A stretch of DNA of 64,000 nucleotides from Gracilinanus agilis. Lineage: Eukaryota. The notes under the pieces were generated by a model. That model worked only from the letters and a program-made list of their open reading frames with translations. It ran no database searches and had not been told where the DNA came from. Positions 1 through 27,865 of this stretch are shown here, in pieces (position 1 is the stretch's first letter; the number at the start of each line of letters is the position of its first letter). Made by a program: the position numbers and the translations under genes. Location of the stretch: NCBI RefSeq assembly GCF_016433145.1, contig NC_058130.1, forward strand, positions 132,729,214-132,793,213, written 5' to 3'.

Positions 1-199
1 CTACGGGGAGAGGGCGGGGAGAGAGACCCAGGAAAGGGGATAGATTGGGAATGGAGAAGGAGGCGGAGCTTCCCGGGGGTGAGGGGGAGGGAAAGAACCG
101 GGAGGGACCTTGAGGGGGATGCTTGGAAAGGGGCAGGGCGGAGAATCTAGAAAGGGCACGTGGGTGAAGGTCAGACAAGGGGGTGGGGCAGAAAGAAAA

Positions 200-740
200 G
201 GCGGAACATGATCGTGGGTGGAGCTTTAGTTTGGGGGCGGAGCTTTGGGGAAAGGGACGAGAAGGGGTAGGGCTTTGGAAAAAGAAATATCGGGCGAGTG
301 GAGATTTGGAGGAAGGGTGGAGCTTTTGAAGAATGGGTGAGGCTCTGAAAGGGGTGGAGCATGGGTTGTGGGTGGAACTTGCGGAAAGTGGGTGGGGCTT
401 TGGGGAAAGCCTAGTTGGAGAGTGGGTGGGGCTTTATGGAGGGACGGTGCCTTGGGAGGTGGGGCTTGGGAAATAAAGTCTAGCTGGGGAGCGAGAGGGG
501 CTTGTGGTGAGGGATGGAGATTTTGGAAGTGTGGCTCCTGGAAAAGGAGTGGAGTTTGGAGAAAGGGAAGGACTTGTGAGGAAGAGTGGAGCTTGAGGAT
601 CGTGAGGGGGGCCTCTGGTAAAGTTGGGCTTTGGGAAAAGAAGCCTAGCTGGGGGGAGTTTTGGGTGAGGGGGTGAGACTTGTGGGAAAGGAGTGGTGCT
701 TATGGAGATTAGGTAGGAAAGAAGGGGCTTGTGAAAAATG
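200..740. repeat. Degenerate G-rich minisatellite (unit roughly GGTGGRGCTTTGGRAAAG)
   Basis: About 18 diverged copies spaced about 20-35 nt apart. Confidence 0.6.
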
Positions 741-878
741 GGAGAAACAGTAGGGAGAAGAGGTCTGGCACCCAGAGAGAGACCCCCTAGGGTCTCCCAT
801 GGCCAGATTGAGGTTTAAATAGAGGTAGGAAGCTTTGGAGTTGGGGCAGGGGGAGTCTCAATAAAGTGTCCTTTGCAG

Positions 879-1085
879 AACCAACCCTAACAATGAGGGG
901 TAATAGTTTGGAGGCAGAGGCTGGAGAGCTGGGAAGGCTGAAAGCCCAGCTCGGGGCAGCCCTGGCAGAGATGGAGAACATGAAGGCGGTGGCAGAGGTG
1001 AGTGAAAGCACCAAGGCTGAGGCTGTGGCCGAGGTGCAGAGACAGTGCCGGGAGGAGGTGGCATCCCTGCAGACCATCCTCAAAG
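879..1085 (+). CDS. RABEP2: RABEP2 exon 2
   Basis: tttgcag|aa..., ...ctcaaag|gtgag; phase 1 to 1. Confidence 0.85.
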
Positions 1086-4000
1086 GTGAGACCTTCCCCC
1101 CCTTGGTCTTCTTCCTGTGATACCTCAGTTTTTTATCAGAGCCTCAAGGCTCCCTGCCTTTCAGGCCTCCACCTGAATATTCTCAGAGTCTGTGTCTTTT
1201 CTCAAACCTCATTTTTTTTTCTCCTCCCAGACCCCATTCTTTCCCCACTTTTTTATGTAACTCCTTCCTTAGCACATGTCCTAAGTAGATGGTTTCTCAT
1301 GGGATGCAGATATGAAAGCAAGTGCCTTCATGGTGGCTTTATAGAGTAGCAGTTACAAAGATATAGATCTAAGTGGGGAGCTAGGTGGTACAGTGGATAG
1401 AGTGCCAGGCCTGGAGTCAGGAAGACTCAAAATTCCCAAGTTCAAATCTAGTCTCAGACTCATTTAACTATGTGACTCTGGGCAAGTTACTTAATCCTGT
1501 TTGCCTCAGTTTCCTCATCCGTAAAATGAGCCAGAGAAAGAAATGGCAAACCTCTCTGGTATCTTTACCTAGAAAACCCCAAAAAGGAGTCACAAAGAGT
1601 CAGATATGACTGAATAACAGCAACACTATGAAGCTAACTGACTTCATAGGGGCAGCTGGGTAGCTCAGTGGATTGAGAGTCAGGCCTAGAGATGGAAGGT
1701 CCTAGGCTCAAATCCGGCCTCAGACACTTCCCAGCTGTGTGACCCTGGGCAAGTCACTTGACCCCCATTGCCCACCCTTACCACTCTTCCACCTAGGAGC
1801 CAATACACAGAAGTTAAGGGTTTAAAAAAAAAACAAACAAAAAAATAAACAAATTACTTCATAAACTTTAATCTCGTTGTTTCCCTCAGCAACTCTTTGA
1901 GGTATTATCAGTAACTTACTTGAAATACATCAGTCTTTATCGTGACTTTTATCACTTTACCAACTGAAATGCAACCAATTCATAATCCTGAGCCTTACTT
2001 AGGGTTGCCTCAGCAACCAGAGAAGTAAAAGAGGCTTGCCCATGCTCACACAGCTAGCAAGTGTCCAAAGCTGGTTTCAAAGCTGGGTCTTTCTCAAGTC
2101 CCAGGCTAACACTCTTTGCTGTCAGTCATATAAATTTACCTTTGACAGAGTCACCCTGCAGAGCCCAGAGGAGCCTGAAAGAACAAGACACAGGCCCTGC
2201 CCTTGTTTCCCATCAGCCCTGGGCACAGGCACTGGCAAACTTAATAGCAGTAATGGGGAACCTGTTAGAGATGGCATGCCCAAAGTGCACCCTCATGCCG
2301 CCTGTGAGCCCCCACATTACCCAGGACAGGGAAGGGAGGAAGGGCTCACATTTCGCTGCTGGGCAGAGGGATGGGGCATGTGAGAAATGTCCTCAGGCGC
2401 TGGGGGCGGGGGGACAGAGAAGTTCCCTCCAGCTTGCAGAGGATGTGTGCCAGGGGTTCACCAACGCAGCTCTATGGCAATTTGCACACTTCCAGCTTTA
2501 AGCTGTTAGGAAGAAAGCCTTTGGGAAACCTTAACAGACTTTAAAAATGGAAGCTTAGTCATTCTGGTCAGCCCAGGACACTCAACTCAAACCAAAGCCT
2601 TCCACTTACTTGTTGCTTGACTCCTCCCATTTTCTGCTCCTGTTGCTGATCTAATCAGCCCTCAGGTGGGACGGAAGAAAGCTATAGTTGCAGTCAGGAA
2701 AAACCTGGGTTTAAATTCCACTTTTGACAACAAATTTCATCTTAGCCTCAGTTTCCTCATTTGTAAAATGTAGTTAATCACACTTGTATTAAAAGTCTCA
2801 GGATTGTTTTAGAATTAAAGGAGATATGTATAAAGTGCCTTGGAAATTCTAAAGCATTATATAACTTTCAGCTCTGATTATTAATATTGTTATTTTTTAG
2901 AGATTTCCATCTCTAGACCAATCAGGTGTTGCAGGGCAGCTAGGTGGTAAGGTGGATAGAGCACCAGGCCTAAAGTCAGAAAGACCTGAATTTAAATCCT
3001 GCCTCAGACCCTAGTCGTGACCCCAGGCGAGTCACTTAACCCTATTTGCCTCAGTTTCCTCATCTGTTAAATGAGCCAGAGAAGGAAATGACAAACCACT
3101 CCAGTGTCTTTGCCAAGAAAACCCCAAATGAGGTCCTGTAGAATCTGACATAACTAAACAACAATATTCTCCCTTTTGGCAGTGTAATTTCAATCACTAG
3201 CTCTGTTTCAACTCTAATCCAACCTCCTATACAACCTTAGGCAAGTACATACATTCTCTCTGCCTTTTTTCCCATAAAGGTTCCTTCCTTTTTTTTTTTT
3301 TTTTAACTCTTACCTTCCATCTTGGAATATCTTGGATATTACTGTGTATTAGTTCCAAGGCAGAAGAGTGGTAAGGGGTAGACAGTGGGGGTCAAGTAAC
3401 TTGTCCATCTAGGAAGATGTCGGATTTGAACCCAGGACCTCCCATCTCAATCCACTAAGCCACCTAGCTGCTCTTCCTTTTAACCCCTGGAGATTTCATT
3501 TTCACTTTTATCTCCAACCTCCTTTGGGCTCCCTTTCTAACACTTACTCCAGCCACCTACAATTAGTAGTGTGTGATCTGGTGTGGTCAGGAGGGGGAAT
3601 CCAGCAATGGAGACTGAAAAGGATCAATTGGGAAGGAAGAGAATGAGGAGAGAGAAGAGAATGTCAAGGTGGAGAAAATGATCTGCATTGTTAAGGCTGC
3701 AGAGAGATAGAAGGGAATAAAGTGGAAGAGATTCGTGCCCAATTTTTCCTCAGTTGAATTGAATAACTGAACTTTCTATCTTTTTTACTAAAGTACTTTC
3801 CATAGCTGATCTCATTTAATCCTCACAATAGTCCTTCTTGAGATAATGTACATAAAGTGTTTTGTAAACTGTAAAGTGATAAGTAAATGTCAGATATAAT
3901 GAAAGTATTCATTCTATTAAAAAAGGAAAAAACCCTACCATATCCAAAGACTTCTTCTCTCCTCCTATCCTCATCTCTTTACTCTCCCTCCGGTTTTCCC

Positions 4001-7000
4001 AGTGCATTCTCTTTTCCTTGGGACCTCCCTAACATTCTCCACACCCCCATCCCTATTCAACTACTAGAGGTGAATAGAGAAGTTCCCTGTCAGTGATGCT
4101 GGGTGCTGCTGGCTCTGTTCCACCATCCCCTTTCCTGGAATCCTCACACACAGAGCTAGAAGGGACCTCAATGATCATTATTTCACAAGTGAAGAAACAG
4201 AAGGAATTGGGTGGCTTGCCCCAGCCCACTGGCATTGTGGGAGAAACACCCAAGTTTGTAGCAGGTCTCCTCTCAAGAATGGGAGACTTGAACTCCACTC
4301 AATCCAGAAGTAAGAAAAGAATTTTATTTGGAGAAGAAAAGGTTTAAAGCAGCATAATAGCCTAATAGCTGGTAGAATAGTCTGGGCACTAATCAGGTAG
4401 CATTAGGGCTGATGGACAAGCCCAGGGGCTACTAGAATAGCCTCTCTGGAGGCTATAGAATAGCAGCTCTCCAGGTGTGGAGTGGCAATTCCAAGTATGG
4501 AGTAGCAGCTCCGCCCTCTGTGGCTCAGAGTTGGCATATTTATTAGGGTCTCGGGCTAATCACCTCCCATTCCAGAGAAATCTTTCCCTTTCCCTGAAAA
4601 CCCTGGAAAGTGGGCATGGCCAGATTCAGGTGGAGGTGTGTTTTGGGGCTTGACACGCATGTCATAGGGAATAAGGAATATGTGCAGGTTTAGGGAATAA
4701 GGAGTATGTGCAGGTTTGGGGAATTCTTCTGGAATTCCAGAGTTCCCAGTGCCAGGTTCCCTGTTCCCCTATTGTCCATCTTGTCATCATTTGTCAATGT
4801 GGAAGAGGTCTCACTGCCCTTCTAGAATGAGAATGTGGGGGAGTAGGGGGGAGCACACTGGAGGACCACTATGGGTAATTAATTATGTCTTACAGTTCTA
4901 AACTAAAGTAAATATCAAAGGGGGCATCTGGGTAGCTCAGTGGATTGAGAGCCAGGCCTAGAGACAGGAGGTCCTGGGTTCAGATCCGTCCTCAGACACT
5001 TTCCAGCTGTGGACAAGTCACTTGACCCCCATTGCCCACCCTTACCACTCTTCCACCAAGGAGCCAATACACAGAAGCTAAGAGTTTAAAAAAAGAAAAC
5101 AGATAAAGTAAATATTGAACAATATGAGTAATTAATAAAGCAGATTAGGTACAAAGCTGATGGCCCAGTATATACTGAACCACTAATAATGATTAATGTT
5201 TGCAATTTATACTTGAGTTATGCTGTAGTTTATGTTTAATGCTAACTGGGGAGAAAATGCAAGATTTCAGGGTATGAGGTCTTAGTCCTCTTACTGCCTA
5301 TTGCCCTTCTCCATCACTGGTAGTAAGAAGAGATGAAATCTGGCCCAGGTTCCCCAGGTGCTTTCTTCTGCCCCACGCTTTTTCCTTCCTTCCTTCCTTC
5401 AAGACTCCATTAGTAGCTATGAGGCTCGAATTTCTTCTCTGGAGCAAGAACGGAAACAGCAGCAGCAAGACCAAGAGGCAAGAGAGAGGGAGATGGCCCG
5501 GCTGAAGCAGCTTCTCTCTCGTTCTCACCCTCTGGACTCCTTGGAGAAACAGATGGAAAAGGTTGGAACTGGGGACTCCGAGAAGTGTTGGGTCTCTAGA
5601 GGGGAAACCCAAGAGCCCGGTGTTTGGAGAAGCTGGGAGGGGAAGGGGTGCCTCGGGGGGAGTGATGTGGGCCCTCAGAGCTTCATTAAGCATGGGCAAA
5701 GCACCAGCTGAGGAGAAGGGGCAGAGGCAGAGTTCAGAGAAGATCCGATGCCTACACTCAGGGAGCTTTCAGTCTAGCAGAGGATAAGACCCCAACACAA
5801 ACAAGCATCACATGTGGGATTTGGGACATGGCGGTAGAGCAGCACCCTCAGCCTCAGATAGAACCAGGGATGCTGACCTGGAGATAATGAGTACCAAAGC
5901 TGCATATTGACTTAGTTTTAATATGTAATGTTAGCTAGGTTTATTGTAATTTTACTTATTTTGTCAAACATTCAAATACATTTTAATGTGATGCCATTGT
6001 GTTTGATGCTTGTGCAGCAAGGGAGTAAGCAGAGTAAGCACATTGTGAAGCCCAAGGGAAAAGTCATTACTAAGAGCAGCTAGGCGGCTCAGTAGATAGC
6101 TTGCCAGGCCTGGAGCTAGGAGGTCCTGGGTTTAAATGTGGCCTCAAATATTTCTTAACTGTGTGACCCTGGGCAAGTCACTTAGCCCCCAAGGCCTAGT
6201 GCTTATCGCTCTTCTGCTGTGGAAGCAATGCTTAGTAGCCATCCAAGGCAGAAGGTAAAGGTTTTAAAAAGAAGAAAATGTAAGAGAAGTTATTACTAGC
6301 CAGAGGTGTTAGGGAAGGCTTCATGGAGGGAGTGACCTTCCAGTTGGGCTTTAAGGATCCAGAGGAATTCAAGAGGATGGTGGGCATGGAAGTGAGAGAG
6401 AACTGCCGTGCTCAGGGATACACAGTTGGCAACTTCTCGGCTTTGAGCTTTGCCATCCTCTCTCGTCCTAGGCTCACGAGGATTCAGAGAAACTTCGGGA
6501 AATCGTGCTGCCCATGGAGCAGGAGATTGCAGAATTGAAGGGGAAGCTCCTCAGGGCAGAGGAGCTGATCCAGGAGATCCAGGGCAGCCAGGTACAGGAA
6601 CGAGTGAGCACAAGGGACTTGTGGGAAAGCAGGGAACTCCGACAGAAGCCTCACACCCAAACTCTCCCCTTGGTTTGCCCTTAGGGTCGTCCCCATCCCC
6701 AGCATTCCTTACACGGCTCCACAGAACTGCTGTCTCTGCCCCGGAACCCATCCCCTCCCCTGGAGCCCCCAGAAGACCTGAGTGTGGATGGGGGTGCTGC
6801 GGCCGAAGTCTTCGCCCGGAATTGTGATGACAGCGCCTCCATCTCTTCCTTCTCGCTGGGAGGAGCCGGCAACAGTGCCTCCCTGCCCCGAGGACGCCGG
6901 GGAATGAGCCCCGAGCAGGAGGAGACAGCCTCTCTCGTCTCTACGGGGACCCTGGTTCCTGAAGGCATCTACCTGCCTCCCCCGGGCTACCAGCTCGTGC

Positions 7001-9940
7001 CGGAACAGCAGTGGGAGCAGCTGCAGCTCGAGGTGAGGCAACGTGGAGGATTGCCGTGCAAGCGTACAGGAGCCAGAGACATGGCGGGCTGTGTGGAGGG
7101 ATGGTGGAAGAAGCCCCGGAGAGCGACGTCCTGGCGCCGCCAGTCAGGCGGTCGCTGGGCAGACGACGTCCCCTCTCAGAGCCTAAGTGTCCTCTGCCAG
7201 TGAGGGGCTGCAGTGAGCGGTCGCTAAGGCTTTTTCCATCTAGCATGTTATAAAATTTTCCAAGTGTTCCTGAGTGTTCAGGCCTCCCTTCAGCTTGTGT
7301 GTGATGGGAATCTCTGTGTCAGGGACGGCAGCAGCAAGAGTCTTTGCAGCAGCTTCAGAGGCAGCTGGACAGTGCGGGCCACGAGCGGGATGAGCTCCAG
7401 GAGGCCCTGAAGCGGAGCAGCGAAGACTGCGCCAAGCAGGTAGGGAGGGACTCCTGCTTCTCTTGCCCTTTCTGGCTTGTCTCCCTGCCCCAAGGATGGT
7501 TCGGGTCTCTTTGATATTCCCTCTTCTCGTCCAGGTTCAGGTGCTGCTGGCTCAGGTACAAAACTCAGAGAAGCTTCTGCAGACCTTGCAGGGGACTGTG
7601 AGCCAGGCTCAAGAGAGGGCTCAGCAGCAAATGGTGAGGAGGCCTTGGGGAGGGGGGGAAGCAGGGTGCCTGGGAGGCTTTCATCCTGCATCTCCAAGGT
7701 TCAGCCCAGGAGGCAGCTCAGAAGAGCTCATAGGGGTGACTTGATGCGGGGTGGGTTAGAGGAGAGAGGTCAGTGTTGGGACTTGGATTGGGGCAGGTCT
7801 TTAGGAACTAAAACTGACTGGTATAAGGGAATATCACTGAGAAAAGTTGAGAATTGGGGTGGGCTGGACCTCCATAGGAGTAGGGATAACCCAGCCCCAT
7901 TGCCCCCTTTAATACCGTCTCTTGCCCGGCCCCAGGCAGAACTGGCTGCCTCTCACAAGCGTGTCTGCTATGAAATAAAGCGGCTAAATGAGGAGAACCA
8001 AGGACTTCGGTGTCAGCAGCCCTCGTCTGTGGGCTCCCGAGTTCAGGAGCAAGAGCAGGTTGAAGAGGAGGAGCTGCTGCTGCCCACGTCCCCCCTGGTA
8101 TGCGGAGAAACCTGGGAAGCTAGGGGGAATCACTGTTCTCTGATGGGGTCCCCAAGGGGGCAGGGAGGACTTGCTCGGTGACCTTCTGCCATGGAGAATC
8201 TGGCCTGACTGTAAGAAACCAATATGGGAAAATCTGGGAGAGGGTGTCTGTGACCTCGACAAACAAATCATTTCTTAGTTTCCTCATTGAAGATGGAGGG
8301 AAATGGCCTAATTAATCTCTCCAGTTCCTTCTAGCACTGGTGTTCTATTTTTTGAGGTGTCCCCTTGCCCTGTGAGCAGCAACCTTCACACTGCCCCTCT
8401 GCACAGTCATTCGTATCTTCTTCTCCAGGAGCTCCAGCAGTTGATACGGAGCATTCGGCAAGAAGCCCGGGAATGCCGGCGTGCCCAGGAGCACGAGGCT
8501 GAGCGGCTGCGCATCGAAATTGTGACCCTGAGGGAGGCCTTGGAGGAGGAGACGGCCTCCAGGGCGGGCCTAGAGAGGGAGCTGAGGCTCCAGCGAGAGG
8601 AGACAGGTGAGGGAGGGGAAGGCGACCTAAATGGATTAGCGGGTCCCACGGGAGACGGGACACATGTCAGGGAGGTGGGTAGAGAGATGTCGGGGCTTGA
8701 CACCCTCTTCTTCTCCTTTTCTCCCATCTCACCGTGTTGTTGCCATGACAATGCAGAGGTTTCAGAGGGTGAGTATAAGAAAATGGAGCTGGGCTAGAAG
8801 AGGGGGTGGAAGGTGGGAGAAGGGGGTGATAGGGGAGGTAATGGATCTGATTTCCACCTCCTGACCTCCCAGCCTCCCTGTGTAGCCTAAGGACCGAGAT
8901 GGAACGGATCCAGCAGGAGCGGAGCAAGGTGAGGGCTTTGGATGGACAGCAGTGGGGAAGGGAGGCTGGCTTCCAGAAGTGAAGGAGCTCAACATCCTTG
9001 TCTTCCGTTTCTCTTCCCACCCCCACAGGCAGAGCAGCAGCTTCAGGCATCCCAGAGGCAGCCGCCGGGCCCAGCTGTCGGTTGGACTGAGGAGAAGGTC
9101 TGAGCAGCCAGGAAGGTTTTGTTCATGTGGAGAGGGAGGCCCGTTTCCTGGCCTTTACACCCTGCTTACACTCTTCTCTGCCTGCGGTAGCCGTAGTGGG
9201 GAATGGGGAGGTGGTGATGTTATCTCAGCTCCCGGGGCCTCGCCTGCTCTTCTTCCTCCCCTCTTTGGTGGTGCTACGAGGTGGAGGGGAGATGGGCTGC
9301 CACCGGGGCTCCAGATTTCCTTTTACTCCCACCCCCACCAGGCTCAGCTCACAGGCCTTCTCTCAGAACAAAGGGCCAAAGTGTTACGGCTTCAGGCTGA
9401 GCTGGAGACCAGTGAACAAGTGCAGAGAGACTTTGTTCGGCTGTCCCAGGCCCTCCAGGTATAAATGGGCTCCCGGGTGAGTCTGGGAGGAGTGCCTGCC
9501 CCTGGCGCCTTCTACACTGGGCACCTTGTTCCCAGCTGTTGCTGAGAGAGAGGATGTTGGAACTGGAGTAGATGTTGCTATCAAGTCACTTCCCCCATGC
9601 TGAGATGGAAACCAGGGCCCAGAGGAAGCAGTTTTGTCAAATGCCTACAAAACTGCCATTTTGTGATTGCTCAGCCACCATCCCTTGCTGGCTATTTTTA
9701 ACCGGGCTTCCCTTGGGGGTGCAGGGTCTACACTTCCTTGTTCCCCCAAGTTCTAGGGAAGGGAGTCATCAGTGTGTCATTCGGATGTGGCAGAGGGAGG
9801 TCAGCACTTCCCTGCTCATGTATGACCCCTACTGACAGGTACGCCTGGAGAGGATCCGACAGGCAGAGACCCTGGACCAGGTGCGCAACATCGTGGATGA
9901 GACGCCCCTCCGAGATGTGAAGGACATAAAGGACACCTGA
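879..9940 (+). CDS. RABEP2: Rabaptin-2 (Rab GTPase-binding effector protein 2), multi-exon span; exon 1 lies outside the window
   Basis: Spliced exons give MENMKAVAEVSESTKAEAVAEVQRQCREEVASLQ...DDSASISSFSLG...ETSEQVQRDFVRLSQALQVRLERIRQAE...DIKDT*, recognisable as RABEP2; all junctions are GT/AG and phase-consistent. Confidence 0.97.
1376..1624 (+). mobile_element. MAR1/CORE-type marsupial SINE
   Basis: tRNA-like head, CORE (gcctcagtttcctcatc), tail with aatggcaaacc...gactgaataacagcaac. Confidence 0.8.
1649..1853 (+). mobile_element. Young SINE1_Mdo-like SINE
   Basis: ggggcagctgggtagctcagtgg head, B box, A-rich tail, TSD acttcata. Confidence 0.9.
2935..3163 (+). mobile_element. MAR1/CORE-type SINE
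   Basis: Same head, CORE and tail layout as 1376-1624. Confidence 0.8.
3289..3472 (-). mobile_element. SINE1_Mdo-like SINE (diverged)
   Basis: Poly-T, then the reverse complement of the SINE1 body. Confidence 0.8.
4236..4790 (-). mobile_element. Probable solo LTR with an internal 26-bp tandem duplication (4665-4716)
   Basis: TG...CA ends, tttatt near the left end; TSD not resolved. Confidence 0.45.
4920..5103 (+). mobile_element. SINE1_Mdo-like SINE
   Basis: TSD taaagtaaatat on both sides. Confidence 0.9.
5404..5561 (+). CDS. RABEP2: RABEP2 exon 3 (DSISSYE...LEKQMEK)
   Basis: ttcaag|ac, aag|gttgga; 158 nt. Confidence 0.93.
6074..6278 (+). mobile_element. Older SINE1-type SINE
   Basis: Head gcagctagg...; tail gaaggtaaaggttttaaaaa. 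Confidence 0.75.
6472..6591 (+). CDS. RABEP2: RABEP2 exon 4 (AHEDSEK...IQEIQGSQ)
   Basis: cctag|gct, cag|gtacag; 120 nt. Confidence 0.88.
6685..7032 (+). CDS. RABEP2: RABEP2 exon 5 (GRPHPQ...QWEQLQLE)
   Basis: cccttag|ggt, gag|gtgagg; 348 nt. Confidence 0.93.
7323..7439 (+). CDS. RABEP2: RABEP2 exon 6
   Basis: gtgtcag|gga, cag|gtaggg; GRQQQESLQQLQRQLDSAGHERDELQEALKRSSEDCAKQ. Confidence 0.9.
7535..7633 (+). CDS. RABEP2: RABEP2 exon 7
   Basis: tccag|gtt, atg|gtgagg; VQVLLAQVQNSEK...QQQM. Confidence 0.92.
7936..8097 (+). CDS. RABEP2: RABEP2 exon 8
   Basis: cccag|gca, ctg|gtatgc; AELAASHKRVCYEIKRLNEENQGLR... Confidence 0.9.
8429..8606 (+). CDS. RABEP2: RABEP2 exon 9
   Basis: ctccag|gag, acag|gtgagg; ELQQ...AERLRIEIVTLREALEEET...QREET. 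Confidence 0.92.
8757..8768 (+). CDS. RABEP2: RABEP2 12-nt microexon (exon 10; E-V-S-E)
   Basis: atgcag|aggtttcagagg|gtgagt; phase 1 to 1; fills the EVLE position of the human protein. Confidence 0.8.
8873..8928 (+). CDS. RABEP2: RABEP2 exon 11 (ASLCSLRTEMERIQQERSK)
   Basis: tcccag|cc, aag|gtgagg; 56 nt. Confidence 0.92.
9029..9097 (+). CDS. RABEP2: Candidate extra in-frame RABEP2 cassette exon (AEQQLQASQRQPPGPAVGWTEEK)
   Basis: Long pyrimidine tract + cacag|gca; aag|gtctga; 69 nt, phase 0 to 0, no stop. Confidence 0.55.
9342..9458 (+). CDS. RABEP2: RABEP2 exon 12
   Basis: accag|gct, cag|gtataa; AQLTGLLSEQRAKVLRLQAELETSEQVQRDFVRLSQALQ. Confidence 0.95.
9839..9940 (+). CDS. RABEP2: RABEP2 last coding exon
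   Basis: gacag|gta...gacacctga; VRLERIRQAETLDQVRNIVDETPLRDVKDIKDT*. Confidence 0.95.
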   Translation, partial: VRLERIRQAETLDQVRNIVDETPLRDVKDIKDT

Positions 9941-10489
9941 AGGCAACCGGAGGCCGGGGATCTCAACTCGCCATCTCCCCTCCCTCCCACACAGCTCTGG
10001 GGAAAGAACCTGCTTTCTTAGACTCCAACAACATTCAGGATTTCTGGGATTTAGGGATAATGAAACCTAGCCTTCTACCCCCTCCGGAAAACTGAGTCCC
10101 TTTCCCCTGGGCCAGCAGCGGAGGGGCTGGATCCCATCTAGTCCAGGTGCCCATCCCCATGGGGGAACCTGGGCCTTTCTGCTCTCAGGGAAGACAACAG
10201 AGAGGGGGTCCTGAGGCCTCCTCCCCCAGCCAAAGGCAAAAGAGCATGTCCTAGAAGCTCTTCCTCCTAAGGCCCCCAAACCTGCCCTGCAGCTCCTCCT
10301 GACACTAATCCCCCCCCCAACTTTTGTTTTTGCACCTCCCTTCCTCCACCCTCCTCAAGAGGGCCCTCAGCCAGCCATCGCTGCCTTCACGTGTTCGGAT
10401 ACCCGTGTGCTGTCCTAGAGATCACCCAGGACTCAACCAGACTTGTTTTTGTTCCCACACACAGAGGTCTAGGCCAGAGTTTGCTCTCC

Positions 10490-10495
10490 TTTAAT
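10490..10495 (-). terminator. ATTAAA poly(A) signal, likely ATP2A1
   Basis: tttaat on + strand, about 300 nt after the SERCA1b stop; a minus-strand AATAAA is not seen nearby. Confidence 0.65.
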
Positions 10496-10498
10496 GTC

Positions 10499-10504
10499 AA
10501 TAAA
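10499..10504 (+). terminator. AATAAA poly(A) signal, likely RABEP2
   Basis: AATAAA about 560 nt after the RABEP2 stop; the first such hexamer I found in the 3' UTR. Confidence 0.7.
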
Positions 10505-10798
10505 TTAGCAGCTCAGAGGGTCGCCTTGTCCCTACAGCCCCTGCAGCGGGGCCACTGGGTGGGAGAATGGAGGGAGGGAGGCTGGGTGGGGAAGAGGGAT
10601 AGAGGGAGACAGGGTTGGAGTTGGAGTTGTGTCTTATAAACAGAAAAATTAAAGGGGGCTGGGAGGAAGGGAAGATGGAGGAAGGCCAGCTTTGGGGAAG
10701 GGGTCCTGGGAGGCTGTGCCGGATCTGGCCAAAGATGTATTTCTCTACCAGGGTGGGGAGGAGGTGGCTGTGAAGGGTAATGGGGACCAAGGGGCTGG

Positions 10799-27865
<17,067 letters not shown>

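Noticed and set aside
1649-1720. tRNA-like A/B box sequences
   Set aside because: These are SINE heads, not tRNA genes: no cloverleaf, and they continue into CORE and tail
7477-8181. 234-aa plus-strand ORF
   Set aside because: Chimera of an off-frame exon 7, intron 7 and in-frame exon 8 of RABEP2; not a separate gene
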